Shown: positions 26,201 through 36,733 of the stretch, piece after piece
How the letters are laid out: each line of letters starts with the position of its first letter
Numbering within the stretch: the first letter of the stretch is position 1
Notes under the pieces: generated by a model
What the model saw: the letters and a program-made list of their open reading frames with translations, nothing else
The model's database searches: none
Told to the model about the DNA's origin: nothing
Position numbers and translations under genes: made by a program
Source: a virus
Length of the DNA stretch: 64,000 bases
IMG/VR virus record: IMGVR_UViG_3300040770_000132
Reading direction: 5' to 3' (one strand)

Positions 26201-29200
26201 CATCTCTTTTTAAAGTGTAAGGTCTAGTAGTTTCACCATTCTGAACAGTTGGTGACCATTTAATACCGTCATACTTCTTAGTAGCTTCATCTTTTGATAA
26301 ACCAAAGTTTGACATTTGGATAAATGAACCACCGTTAGTTTTAATTTTAACAGTTCTGTCATTAACAATAGATGCAAATATGTTATCAAGTTTATTCTTT
26401 AAACCTGGCATTGCATAAATTGATAATTTAGCTCTAAGAGCTTTTACAATTTCTGAACTACCATCTCTTGATACAACTTCATCAGCTAAAGCATTATAAA
26501 ACTTTTCAATGTTATTTATAACACCATCTTCACTTATCTCAAACTCTCTAGCTAAATCACTATAACCTGACTTAACTAAATTACCTAATGCTGAATCAAG
26601 TTCTTTTGCAATTTCTTCAGCAGTATAAGCTTCACCATTATGATCAAAAGTCTTTTGACCAGTACCAGTTAAGTGAGATATTAAAACTAGCATGTTTTTA
26701 ATAATCTGACTACCAATATCAGTTTCCTTATACGTTTTAGTAGGTAAGTCTTGTTGAAGTTTCCATCCTCTAGAAGATAGTGTCATAACGTTTAGACGCT
26801 TGATATTACCGTTTTCATCATTTATTACAACATTACCTTCTGCATCATGTATCTTAGTAGGAATACTAGCTCCAGCTTTAATAGCATCAAAAGTTAATAA
26901 TTCGTCTAGCTTATGATGTTTCATAAACGTATCTAAATTTTTTAACTTACTGTTATTAATCATCTGAGGTATTAACACTGCTTGAGAGTACTTCAAATAG
27001 ATTGGGGCACCATTTGTATCTCTTTCAAAATATACACCTTTTAAAGGTTGTGCTACAAGTTTTAATTCATCGGGCAATAAAGCTTCAGTACCGTTCATTA
27101 ACTTCTTGAATACCTTATCATGCTTGACTGTGTACTTACCTACACCGGTTAATATGTTTTTCCATCTAGTAGGTGTAATCCAAGCTTGAGCATCGGCAGC
27201 ATTAATTGTACCTTCCCAGTCTTTTATTAAGTTTTCATCAGACTTAATGACTTCTTTTAATTGTTTTAAGTAAGGTTCTACAAACTCTACAGCTTCTACT
27301 ACACCAATCTTAAAATCTTTAGTATCATTTGTTAGGTATTCATATACACCATCAGTGTAAGAGGCCCCAATACGTTTAATATAATCTACAGAGTCTTTAT
27401 AATAAGCTACGTCTCCTGAAAATAGTTTGGAGTATTCCATATGATTAACTAATCCGTTTAACCATATATCACCCATCATTGAAAATAAAGTTTCTTCATC
27501 TAGATTAAATCTACCTTCAGAATATTTAGTTATTATATTACCGTCAATACCTTTATTAATATAAGAACTTGTACCGGATCTTTCAATAATGTTATACTTT
27601 AGTAAATCATTTTTTAAATCTTCAATATGCTCTAATATCTTACTCTCAATAAACTCTAACATTGGTTCTTTGTAAAACCTAACGTTCTCCATTATAATAC
27701 TTCCATCAGAATTATATAATGGGTATGCTGGATTTATTTCAATAGCTTTGTCAACTTGATCAAAACTTAAACTAGGAAATAATTGAGACTTAAAAGCGTT
27801 ACCAACAAGTTTACCATTAGAATCAAGAGTTTCGTGAGTATCGGTACTTTTATTATATTTAGTATGATAATATACTTTAAGTTGTTCATCAGAATTTAGC
27901 TTTTTATATTCAGCTTCCATTCTTTTAAACTCACCCATTAAATATGTATCATACATAAGGTTTACAGTAGTGCTAATTTCAGAGTCACCATTTTCATCAA
28001 TGCTAAAACCTGCTTTAAGAAACATATCGTGCTCAATATTAAATTGAGTAGATTTACCCGGAGCAGTAGTAGTTCTAGTATGAGTAACACCATTTATATG
28101 ATAATGTAATAAGCCATTAATGGTATCTTTTATGTATTCTGACTTACTAATATCTTTATTAGTCTTAGACTTACCTTTATCGTTAGTTTTATCTAAGAAG
28201 CTACTAAAATGATTAATAGAGAACTTTTCAATACGCTCAAGACTCTTTGAAAGCTGAAGTTCTTTATTATTAGTTATATCTAATCCTAATAAATGACTAT
28301 ATAGTTTAGAGTTAGTGTCATTATCGCCATAAGACTCATATAAGTCTACCAAAAGCTGTCTATCTTTTTTCCAACCATTTATTAAGTTATGTAAGTAAGA
28401 AGGGTTAGAATATACATATCTAGTTTCACCGGCTGTAAATACAGATGACTCAGAACCGTCTTCTCTATAAAACGCTTCAGCTTTAGCCATTTGTCTATAC
28501 CAATATGATTCAAGTAATGGTTTACCTTGATTATGATTAACTACAATTGATTTAAACATCTTAACTGTATTATCAATTAAGTTATATCGATTCAAATTTA
28601 GTTTAACATCATCAATTTTTTCATTTTTTAATTCATTTAAAGCATAACTTACAGCAGCTTCATTAATATTGATACCAACTAATGGTAATAATTTGTTTAT
28701 AATGTTATCAACCTTCTGCTCATTAGTAAACTTTGAATTGGTTTGTAAAGCTTCTAACTTTGCAATAATATCTTTTAAAACTTGTTTCTTACTTTCTCCA
28801 ATTAAACCTTTAGCTTCGTCAGTCAATTTAAAGAAGTCTGTTAAAGATAACTCCCAACCTGTTGAAATACTTTTTTCAATTTTAGTATCAGTTGTTGCAT
28901 CTAGTTTCGTATACTTATAAAAAAAACCTTTTATAGCTTCTTTAATAGTTTTCTTTATAATAGCACCATTATCTAGCGTAACATTTTCTGTTACAGCGGG
29001 TGTAACAACAACTTCTTCAGCTGATATTTCAGAATACTCTAAGTTATTTTTCTGAAGATTCATTACATTAACAAAACTCGCTTTGAAGTTCATTATGTTT
29101 ATACCTTCTTCAGTAGATAAATCTACAGGTAACCTACTAATCTTTTCTAAATACTCAGCAACATTATTAAGATATTTTATATTACCTGAATGTTGATAAA

Positions 29201-30098
29201 GTTTATCAATTATAGTTTCAAAAATATCTTCAGTCTTACCATTTTTAGATACAGTAACTGGATTATTCTTTAAGATAGCTGTCATTTTGTTGTACAAATT
29301 GTCATAATCTATAGACTTAGGTTGTCCAAAATCTAAATCTAAATCCAAAGGGTTCTTAATTAATGACAATCTAATTTTAACCATTGACGTAATTTTGTTA
29401 CGAGGGTTAATTTTAAATGACGATTGATTAAAAACAGGATCTTTTTGATTTTCAGTTTCAGAAATAGCATCTTCTAAACTATAATCTTCATTATAATTAA
29501 TTTGTTTAGAGTTGTAAAAGTCTTTAATTTTAACAATAAGTTCATCTAAAGCAGCTTCATCATTTACAATTTGATATAAAGCTCCACCATTGTTCATAAA
29601 ATGATCACTATCACTTTGTATTAATTCCAAACCAAGCTCTTCTAAACGTGTTTTAACAGCTTCTAAGAGACTAACTTTAGATTTATTATCTGACATATCA
29701 AGTGTATCAAAATCTAAGTTAAAACCACCTTTCTCAATATAGTCATTTCCTAGTATTTCTACTAAGGAATTGACTGCTCTTTGAGATTGTAATATGTTAT
29801 ATAGATTAGATTCAGCAATATCGATGTATTGCTTTTGATATTGACTGTCTAAATAATAAGTACCAGATTCGTCATCAAATATCTCAGGTTCAAACTTATC
29901 ATTTAGTCTACCTTTAAACATTTTAGGTATGAATTCAGATTTCTCATCTATCAATTTGGTGTAATCTCCAAATTCTTTTATAAAGGCTTCCGATTGAAAC
30001 ATTGCCATTTTTTTATCAGCAACTTCTTTATCGTACTTTTGAATAAGTTTTTTATGTAAACTTGATTCTAAACCATTTTTTAATATTATACAATCCAT
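23265..30098 (-). CDS. Giant virion RNA polymerase candidate (two-barrel, crAss-like vRNAP type)
   Basis: ORF of 2277 aa. GSDFDIDKMY (DFDID codons at 25863-25877) resembles the universal beta-prime Mg-binding motif NADFDGDQM. Its size and its position among giant internal virion proteins fit the crAss-like arrangement. Confidence 0.65.
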   Translation of the reverse strand: MDCIILKNGLESSLHKKLIQKYDKEVADKKMAMFQSEAFIKEFGDYTKLIDEKSEFIPKMFKGRLNDKFEPEIFDDESGTYYLDSQYQKQYIDIAESNLYNILQSQRAVNSLVEILGNDYIEKGGFNLDFDTLDMSDNKSKVSLLEAVKTRLEELGLELIQSDSDHFMNNGGALYQIVNDEAALDELIVKIKDFYNSKQINYNEDYSLEDAISETENQKDPVFNQSSFKINPRNKITSMVKIRLSLIKNPLDLDLDFGQPKSIDYDNLYNKMTAILKNNPVTVSKNGKTEDIFETIIDKLYQHSGNIKYLNNVAEYLEKISRLPVDLSTEEGINIMNFKASFVNVMNLQKNNLEYSEISAEEVVVTPAVTENVTLDNGAIIKKTIKEAIKGFFYKYTKLDATTDTKIEKSISTGWELSLTDFFKLTDEAKGLIGESKKQVLKDIIAKLEALQTNSKFTNEQKVDNIINKLLPLVGININEAAVSYALNELKNEKIDDVKLNLNRYNLIDNTVKMFKSIVVNHNQGKPLLESYWYRQMAKAEAFYREDGSESSVFTAGETRYVYSNPSYLHNLINGWKKDRQLLVDLYESYGDNDTNSKLYSHLLGLDITNNKELQLSKSLERIEKFSINHFSSFLDKTNDKGKSKTNKDISKSEYIKDTINGLLHYHINGVTHTRTTTAPGKSTQFNIEHDMFLKAGFSIDENGDSEISTTVNLMYDTYLMGEFKRMEAEYKKLNSDEQLKVYYHTKYNKSTDTHETLDSNGKLVGNAFKSQLFPSLSFDQVDKAIEINPAYPLYNSDGSIIMENVRFYKEPMLEFIESKILEHIEDLKNDLLKYNIIERSGTSSYINKGIDGNIITKYSEGRFNLDEETLFSMMGDIWLNGLVNHMEYSKLFSGDVAYYKDSVDYIKRIGASYTDGVYEYLTNDTKDFKIGVVEAVEFVEPYLKQLKEVIKSDENLIKDWEGTINAADAQAWITPTRWKNILTGVGKYTVKHDKVFKKLMNGTEALLPDELKLVAQPLKGVYFERDTNGAPIYLKYSQAVLIPQMINNSKLKNLDTFMKHHKLDELLTFDAIKAGASIPTKIHDAEGNVVINDENGNIKRLNVMTLSSRGWKLQQDLPTKTYKETDIGSQIIKNMLVLISHLTGTGQKTFDHNGEAYTAEEIAKELDSALGNLVKSGYSDLAREFEISEDGVINNIEKFYNALADEVVSRDGSSEIVKALRAKLSIYAMPGLKNKLDNIFASIVNDRTVKIKTNGGSFIQMSNFGLSKDEATKKYDGIKWSPTVQNGETTRPYTLKRDVNGEIVTNIFGDPVIVPEEILISGSFIAKYIPNYEEFSSEELFGRLNLETGELEGGMIDNKILDTIIGYRIPNQGPSSNGAMKVVGILPPGAGDTIVAFTGITKKTGSDFDIDKMYIMFPNYKEVDGKLKYTDSSDGSKEGNQNKVIELYKTLILHKDNITKIMTSLDHEHIKMEAQNLAPAKTKSDLDNYEFIQDIVTKYSFLAGLAGVGQEANTSSDYAMGTMSNVYLQDVNLGERSHQGESFESTMIGKDGRPYQVVKPLTKFDKIKSMDISDAELKSWLESYNKRVSDPKKKLTFEMVKSYKSFEISDNISALMNAFVDIAKDPYITNVNWNMMTTNTGNMMLRAGVHPFVVMSFLAQPIINEYIEFTSQYENRDKSTQVSNSKDAFRIYKVGELIKNDLIPISKFDNGEVAEINARALYDIVTLYNFDLNKLGEKDFTAPRNLEKIKEAVGLPKEHKFTEADIDQLKESIKPIIRNHGIFFTENFKDYIIDVDLGTLRENVFKYDMRFQAKTFNTFLEFQGFSKKLKSSIDASKHGVNGMGKNTTQLLVALNRIANIEQKGVINYNTKMYYDDGAPKFLSHLKTNNLDRTQNIVQNNPLLFVSSSPFVWNSYNQVSKNIYSINLEDDVQDGLGDKLDKVFNTYLMSGFEPFNLSNAEKSEIIENFPVRFIEFKNKYAGKYKIIDELNVKKTEKRLYITLDNKTNSKEYTDSMINSWRDLIKYYPEIGTDLIRYSFLTSGFNNNVVSFFQFIPPSFFFQNDFNSYIKSFVNHPGSVDQNFIDHFYLSNLEDSQIVKYVNKGMLMKGQPYLKEGLTLFNAGVTKEYLNMKGEYYKRVGTREVKGVSENIYTRYVKVEGGYALIAPVVSERDKGISINNYSSSRIALSTDATLTPETIMSLDIALAEINDDNNQTVQTDEFGQEQIVIKEPLTEFETAETETKNPETIKIKGSENELSELTDEEKATIEWQKLNCK

Positions 30099-30099
30099 A

Positions 30100-33000
30100 T
30101 TAACATTTTTGTTGTTTTTTAATATTATCAGCTAACTCTATTAATTTAGCTTCAGTTTCAGAAATTATCTTTTCAAATTTAGAAACTACTGAAGGATTAG
30201 TCTTTCTAAACATTTCAGCATTTTTAATTGCTACATTTAAAGTTCTTTCCAAACCCTCTTGCAATAATAGATTGTCTCCTTCTACTTTTAAATTATTAAA
30301 AGCTTTTTTATAATCAAGGTTATCTTGTGTACCAGGAGTGTTAATAGTATTAGTTAAAGTAATAGTTGGCAAAGATACAACATTTTTCTGAGACTGCAAA
30401 ATATTATTGTAGTTATTTTCAATAGTTTCTGAAATAAATTCTTTTATTACATCATATGTTTCAAGACCATCGCCTGGATTAAACCCTTCATCTGTATATA
30501 TACCTGTACCATTTTCAACAATTTCATTTAACTCATTCACTAAGTAATCAGGACCTTTTATAGTATCTTGACCTTCTTTGCGTTTAGATAATATGTATGT
30601 AACTAACTTATTATATTCAGCTATTTTAGATTTAATTAAGTCCTGCTTAGACATTGTGTTTACAACAGGCGCAGTAATAGCTGGTTTAACTTCAGTTGCA
30701 CCTGCTTTCTCACTTTTTAACAAAGGTGATATTTTTTCATCGTATTCATCATAAAGTTGTTTTTGCTCAACGTCGTATTTAGCATTAACTTTTTCTTGTA
30801 TGTTTTTTCTTTCTAATAAACTTTTATTTTCTCTTAAATTAAAATCTATTCCAACTGGTAATAACCAATTGGCATTTCTGTCAACAAGCTCTTTATCTCT
30901 TCTTTGCTCAATATCAGCTTTTTTAACTTGTTCTTCAGCTCTCAATTGTTCTACAGTTGAAGTATTTGAAGCAGCAAGTGTAGTAGTTACTGGAGCTTTA
31001 GCACCAGTAGATTCAACTACAGAACTTATCCATAACTCTGAACCTGTGTTCTTAGCTTTATCACCAGCTTTAGTATCAGTAAATTGTTTAAAAGCAAATC
31101 CATCCGTGTTCAAGTTTGTAGATACAATTCCATTATCAAATAAATACTTAAGATAAATAGGATTCTTAAAACTTAAATTCTCGTTGGCATTCTTTTCTTT
31201 GGCTATAGTAATAACATTGTGATATTTACTTTGTAAAGCTACACCAAGTTCATCTATATTATCATTGTTGTATAATGTTCCATCAAATAATATAGCTGGA
31301 TTGTTTTCAATATCGTTAGTAAATACAATAGCTTTATCATTCATACTATCTTCGTAGACTAATGCTTGAATAACCTCACTTATATTTATTGTAGCAGGAT
31401 TTCCTCCTAACAACTCTAATTCATCTTTAAATGAACTTAAGATTTCATTAAACAACCCTAAATCAGAACTCTTTAAGCTAATCAAATTCTTACTTCTTAT
31501 AGTAGTATCTGTTAGCATTTTACCATATAGTCTAGCTAATGTTGAAGCTTTGGTAGCATTAAGTTTGCTAAAGTTTAATTTAACTGGAACATTAACTCCT
31601 TTTGGGTTTTTAACTACAATAAAAATTTGACCCTTTTGAGTACTAATATCTTTCTTAATCTCAGCTTCTAAAGGAAGTTTATTATTAGATACTATTACTA
31701 AATCACCTTTTACATTTACGTGATATAATGTAACTTTATTTTCAGGATTACTTTCATCTAAAGTTTTTATAAAATCTATTTCTAAAGGATTATTTATAAC
31801 AGGTTTACCATTTTCAAACTTAGTATTAAAACTTGCAGATTCTTGATTAGTAACTACAGTTTTCAATTCAGAAAGTTTAGCACCATTTATTATAGCATCT
31901 ACTATATTAGTTCTTAATTTAATGGCATTCGGACCTTTAAATGATGACCAAGACTTAGCTTGACCATTATTGTAAACAAAAGTAATAGGTAGTGTATCTA
32001 TAAGAAGTTGTCTATTACCTATTAAATTAGTACTGTTTTTAATAATATCAACAGCTTTTTGACCTTCAGGTGATAAATTTAATTCATTTAATTCAAATGT
32101 TATAACATCACCTTTCTTATCTCTAGCTTCCATTAAATAACCTGCAAACGTAGGGTTATTATTATCATAACCTACACCTTTATGATCTGAATGCGTAGAT
32201 CCTGCTGGAACAACCGATACCTTAGTAGGATCAATATCATCTGCAGAATTATCATCGTTTAAATCTTCTTCAAATTCGTATGTAAAAGATTCACCAGTTA
32301 CAGCATTAGCTAAAGTAATACTGTTTTTTTCAATATGAGTTATGATAGATTCTTCTAATGTAAAAGGATCTAATTCTACATTACCTATTTTAGAAGTTTT
32401 TGCATAATTCTTAACTATTGTTGCATTTTCAGCAGCTTCTAATTCAGCAGCTTTTCTTTCAGCTTCTTCTTCTTCAATGGTTTTAACAGTTCCAGCAGCT
32501 TTAGCGGCTTGCAATTCAATTTTTTTAGTGTTATAATAACCTTTATAACCTAAATTATTTTTTAAATCGATAGCGTCTAATTCTTCTAAAGTACTAGCAG
32601 CTTGTATAGCATTTAATATATTATCAGCTTCATCAACAACTTCTGGACTAGTGGCAGTTTCTAACTTTTCAACAGCATTAACTATTTGATTAAATGCTCC
32701 ATTTACTATTTCAGAATTCCATATTTCAAAGTTTAAAAGTTTTGATGCATCAGATAGCTCTTTTTTTACTTCAGCAATTTTTTTGTTTACTAAATCTAAT
32801 CTAGGGTTACTTCTAGTAGTTGTAGTTCTATCAGCTTCATTAGAGTTGAATTCTTCAAAGTTTGTATTATCAACTTCTTCAACTATAGTTAGTTTTTCTA
32901 AATCAGCTTTATCTTTATTAAGTTTATCCAACCTTTTTTGATTATCATAAACTTCAGAAGTTTCTTTAATAAATTCTTTTGACATTTGCTCCATGAAACT

Positions 33001-34914
33001 ACTAACTTGATCAGGAGTAGCTTTTTCATTGTTTAGTTTAACAATAGAAGTCGACATATCTCTAAAAGAAACTAATTCTTTTTGTAAATATTTAGCTTTC
33101 TCAATTATCTCAGTTTGACGTTTTAAGTTATCAGATTTAGTTTTGGCATCAACATCTGTTGTAGGCAAAGTAACTTTTAAATGCTCTTGTAAAGCATCGA
33201 TAGTCATTTCATCTTCACCTATAAAGTTCATTATTAATTCATGCTCACCATACTTTCTTAAAGAATCTATTGTATCAACATCCCCAGCTTCAACAGCTGC
33301 ATCATATCGTTTAGATAAACCTTCATGTAAGTCTAGCGCATGTTTAACTTTTTGAACATTCTCAGGTATCAAAACTTTTTGACCTTTATCATCTTGAGAA
33401 TATACTTCAGTTTCTTCTCCAGTTTCTGGGTTAGTCATAACCTCAGTTTTGTATATTGGAAGATGAATGTCATTTAATGATACACCTGTAGTTTCTATTT
33501 TAGACCTAAGTTTATCACTTTTAACTTGATCTTTCTTATCTTGCCTAAAACCTTGAACTATAGATATTGGTGCACCTAACATACCTCCTAAGAAACCAGC
33601 AACTTGACCTTCAGTCGTACCCAGTGACTTTATAAAATCTTTACCAAATGTAAATGGATCCATATCTTGTGCAAAAGTATCACTAAGTTCACCTTTAAAA
33701 CCTTTTTCAGCATTACGTTGTTCAGTAGATGTTTGAGCAACTTCTTCACTACCTTCAGTTAAGAATGACTCACCCAATCTTTTACCAGCTTGTTTTAAAC
33801 CATTCTTTTTAGTAACATTGTTTAATAGGTTAGTTGAGCCATTCTTACCATACATTATTTTAGACTGTATATAGTTTGGTCCAGCTAATATTAAAAGGTT
33901 AGTTAAAAATGTATTACGAGCAGCTTTACTTTTTTGATCATCATACTCTTCCCTAGCAGTTCTATTACTTATATCGTTAGATAATTGATTAGCTTCTTCA
34001 ACACTTATTTCACCACGTTGTCTACGCTCATCAACTTCTTGTAATTTTTTTAATTGATATTCTGGAAAGCCTTTTTCAAATTCAGGAAATCTAGCTTCCA
34101 TACTATCAGTAACACCTTTTGATTCAGCACCAGCTTCAAAAAACGTATTAGCTGCTGGTATAGCAAAGCTATCAATCTTATCTACAGTTATACCGGCTTG
34201 AAGTAAAGCTCTTCTAGAAACATCTAATGATTTACCATACCTCATCGAAGTAAGTTTTGCTAAACCTCCAAACAGTTTATTACTAGCTCCTAAAGCTTTA
34301 AGAGCAGCTCCAGGTGCAAAAGCTGATATTAAATATCCAGCTCCATCAGCACCTTCTGTAGCCCAAAATTCACCACTAGTAATTTTATTAAAAAAGCCAC
34401 CATTTGTTACAGTGTCACTAACGTATACTGGTAATGCAGCGTTGTTAAACTTATTAAAGTTTTCATCTACAGCTCTTATAAAACTATTATCAAAAGCATC
34501 TTTTAATAAGTCAGTATTATCTTCTCCTGTAACCATGTCAGCAGCATTACCGGCTAATCCCCAAGCTGTACCTGCTATAGCACCAGCTGTTTTTAAAACT
34601 TCTCTAGTTACTTTAGAACCCACTCTACCTAGACCTGCGCCTAGTTCTCCCCAACCACCTTGTTGTTGAGATCTAAATTCATTTAATGATTTGTTTACAT
34701 TATCTGTATTAATATCTGTTTCAAAATTTAATTTTTCATCATATTTTGATTTACCATAATCTGTGTTATAAAATCTATTATTATTTATGACATTGCTATA
34801 TAAAGACATTGGTGTGGCATTTTTTTTATCACTTGTTATTTTATTAGCTAGATTGGACGGAGATGGTTTTTTAAAATTATTTGGGCTACTATTTACTAAT
34901 TCTTCCTCTTCCAT
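30100..34914 (-). CDS. Large internal virion / ejection protein candidate
   Basis: ORF of 1604 aa with an N-terminal Gly/Ala-rich hydrophobic segment (GGWGELGAGLGRVG...AGAIAGTAWGLAG) and long coiled-coil-like K/E-rich stretches. Confidence 0.5.
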   Translation of the reverse strand: MEEEELVNSSPNNFKKPSPSNLANKITSDKKNATPMSLYSNVINNNRFYNTDYGKSKYDEKLNFETDINTDNVNKSLNEFRSQQQGGWGELGAGLGRVGSKVTREVLKTAGAIAGTAWGLAGNAADMVTGEDNTDLLKDAFDNSFIRAVDENFNKFNNAALPVYVSDTVTNGGFFNKITSGEFWATEGADGAGYLISAFAPGAALKALGASNKLFGGLAKLTSMRYGKSLDVSRRALLQAGITVDKIDSFAIPAANTFFEAGAESKGVTDSMEARFPEFEKGFPEYQLKKLQEVDERRQRGEISVEEANQLSNDISNRTAREEYDDQKSKAARNTFLTNLLILAGPNYIQSKIMYGKNGSTNLLNNVTKKNGLKQAGKRLGESFLTEGSEEVAQTSTEQRNAEKGFKGELSDTFAQDMDPFTFGKDFIKSLGTTEGQVAGFLGGMLGAPISIVQGFRQDKKDQVKSDKLRSKIETTGVSLNDIHLPIYKTEVMTNPETGEETEVYSQDDKGQKVLIPENVQKVKHALDLHEGLSKRYDAAVEAGDVDTIDSLRKYGEHELIMNFIGEDEMTIDALQEHLKVTLPTTDVDAKTKSDNLKRQTEIIEKAKYLQKELVSFRDMSTSIVKLNNEKATPDQVSSFMEQMSKEFIKETSEVYDNQKRLDKLNKDKADLEKLTIVEEVDNTNFEEFNSNEADRTTTTRSNPRLDLVNKKIAEVKKELSDASKLLNFEIWNSEIVNGAFNQIVNAVEKLETATSPEVVDEADNILNAIQAASTLEELDAIDLKNNLGYKGYYNTKKIELQAAKAAGTVKTIEEEEAERKAAELEAAENATIVKNYAKTSKIGNVELDPFTLEESIITHIEKNSITLANAVTGESFTYEFEEDLNDDNSADDIDPTKVSVVPAGSTHSDHKGVGYDNNNPTFAGYLMEARDKKGDVITFELNELNLSPEGQKAVDIIKNSTNLIGNRQLLIDTLPITFVYNNGQAKSWSSFKGPNAIKLRTNIVDAIINGAKLSELKTVVTNQESASFNTKFENGKPVINNPLEIDFIKTLDESNPENKVTLYHVNVKGDLVIVSNNKLPLEAEIKKDISTQKGQIFIVVKNPKGVNVPVKLNFSKLNATKASTLARLYGKMLTDTTIRSKNLISLKSSDLGLFNEILSSFKDELELLGGNPATINISEVIQALVYEDSMNDKAIVFTNDIENNPAILFDGTLYNNDNIDELGVALQSKYHNVITIAKEKNANENLSFKNPIYLKYLFDNGIVSTNLNTDGFAFKQFTDTKAGDKAKNTGSELWISSVVESTGAKAPVTTTLAASNTSTVEQLRAEEQVKKADIEQRRDKELVDRNANWLLPVGIDFNLRENKSLLERKNIQEKVNAKYDVEQKQLYDEYDEKISPLLKSEKAGATEVKPAITAPVVNTMSKQDLIKSKIAEYNKLVTYILSKRKEGQDTIKGPDYLVNELNEIVENGTGIYTDEGFNPGDGLETYDVIKEFISETIENNYNNILQSQKNVVSLPTITLTNTINTPGTQDNLDYKKAFNNLKVEGDNLLLQEGLERTLNVAIKNAEMFRKTNPSVVSKFEKIISETEAKLIELADNIKKQQKC

Positions 34915-34916
34915 AA

Positions 34917-36728
34917 TTAATTATTTAAATCTATTAACCATTCGTTTAATTGATTGTCATTGAGTTTATGATCTTCTTTAATAAGATTTTTACCATCATT
35001 ATAATGATAGCTTACATCATATGTTCCGCTATTTCTATTAAATTTTATTTCAACATTCTTCATACCATGATTTTTAAAACCTGAAATTTTATCAGAATTT
35101 AAGTGATGGTATATACTTGGGGAAGTTGTAACTTGATTTTTTATTAAGTTAATGTCAGAAGCCCCTTTATATTGAGGAGTTTTGAAATCGTCTGTATTTC
35201 TAGAAACATAAACTGGTATAATATTACCTTCTATATCTACTACTGAACCTACATGCGGTATGATATTCATTTTTGGATTATTTTTAAAAGCTTTTACTTT
35301 AGATTCAGGAGTCATATCTCCATTATATTCAAAGCTTCGTATGCTAGATGCAGGTATGATATTTCCATTAAAATCTACAACTGATGATGCTCCTAATTTT
35401 ATTTTGCCAAGTAAATTTAAAGATGCTGCCTTTTTTTCTTTTGGTAAATTTCTGTTGGCAAATAACATTCCAACTTGAGAACTATTTGGATCAACGTACC
35501 TATTTTGAATAGTAACATTTGCGTTTTCAGATAAATATTTTTTAACAGCATTATATTCTTCAGTACTATTTCTTTTGAATTTTAATTCTTTTGGTAAATT
35601 TCTATTTAAACCGTTTGCTATATTTACATATTTTGGGTCATTGAATACTTTTGATTTTTCAGTTTTACCTCCAATTTTAAACAAAGGGGCGTTAAAAGGG
35701 CTTTGTTTATCACGCTCTTCTTTAGTAAACTGAGTAATTTTACCATTAGCTAAAATTCCCATACTTTCAGCTAAAGCAGTATTAGATTCATTTAAAACAC
35801 CTTCTCCTAAATTAACACCTTCTAATTCTATAGGGTTAGAACCTTTGCCATCTTTAGGCTCTGAAGGTGGATTATATCCACTTATTTGAGAACTTGAGCT
35901 ACTAGCTACATTATTCTTTACAAATACTGGAGCTAAATTTTGAATATCTTTTAATGCATCTTCAGGACTTTTAAAATTATATTTCAATGATTTACCAACA
36001 TCAGAGTTGGGATTCATTATTTCAGTATTTAAAAAGTTAACTGCAGCTTGTAATGCTGCTACATTTGATGAACTAGCATTTTTACCACTTTCTGTTAATA
36101 CATAAGTTCCACCATCACCAGTTTTAGCGATGCGTGATGATAAATTTTCAATATCACGAGAGCTTAAACCAGCTTTATCTGCTATATCTTTAAATCTAGC
36201 AACGTGATCTACGTACTTAGGTGGTAATTTATTAATTGACATTCCAGTAACTTTACCACTTTTATCATAAACTGGAGCAGCATTATATTCATCTTGTATA
36301 GCTTTTAAGTTTTGTTGAACTACTTCAGGTGAATGACCTAATGCTGTAGCACTTTTAAGGTATTCATCGGAATCTTTTTCATAAGCTGTTTTAGCAGCAT
36401 TAATTTGACCCAAAGCTCCAGTAGGCGAATACATATCTGCAACACTTCTATTAGTTTTAAATATACTACTTGTAGTATTATTATTAAAACCCTCTGTAGC
36501 AAGTTTTTCAGCTTGTGAAGTTATCGTACCAGTTAATTCAGATTTAATTCGTTGAGCTTCATTATAATGTTTATCTAATGGACTAACTTTATTTAACTCA
36601 AGTATTTGATTTTCTAATTGTTTATTAGCTTCATCATGTTGTTGACGTCTCATCATAGGAACCATAAGAGTCTCTTGAAGACTCCTAGGGTTGTATGTAC
36701 TTAATTCAATATTATCGTATCTATTCAT
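34917..36728 (-). CDS. Virion protein candidate, unknown function
   Basis: ORF of 603 aa, translationally coupled within the block of large virion proteins. Confidence 0.45.
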   Translation of the reverse strand: MNRYDNIELSTYNPRSLQETLMVPMMRRQQHDEANKQLENQILELNKVSPLDKHYNEAQRIKSELTGTITSQAEKLATEGFNNNTTSSIFKTNRSVADMYSPTGALGQINAAKTAYEKDSDEYLKSATALGHSPEVVQQNLKAIQDEYNAAPVYDKSGKVTGMSINKLPPKYVDHVARFKDIADKAGLSSRDIENLSSRIAKTGDGGTYVLTESGKNASSSNVAALQAAVNFLNTEIMNPNSDVGKSLKYNFKSPEDALKDIQNLAPVFVKNNVASSSSSQISGYNPPSEPKDGKGSNPIELEGVNLGEGVLNESNTALAESMGILANGKITQFTKEERDKQSPFNAPLFKIGGKTEKSKVFNDPKYVNIANGLNRNLPKELKFKRNSTEEYNAVKKYLSENANVTIQNRYVDPNSSQVGMLFANRNLPKEKKAASLNLLGKIKLGASSVVDFNGNIIPASSIRSFEYNGDMTPESKVKAFKNNPKMNIIPHVGSVVDIEGNIIPVYVSRNTDDFKTPQYKGASDINLIKNQVTTSPSIYHHLNSDKISGFKNHGMKNVEIKFNRNSGTYDVSYHYNDGKNLIKEDHKLNDNQLNEWLIDLNN

Positions 36729-36733
36729 TGCTA

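Noticed and set aside
29331-29345. A second DxDxD (DLDLD) near the N-terminus of the 2277-aa protein as a possible catalytic site.
   Set aside because: It lacks the D-F-D-x-D-x-M context of RNAP active sites. A bare DxDxD is expected by chance in a protein of this size and Asp content.
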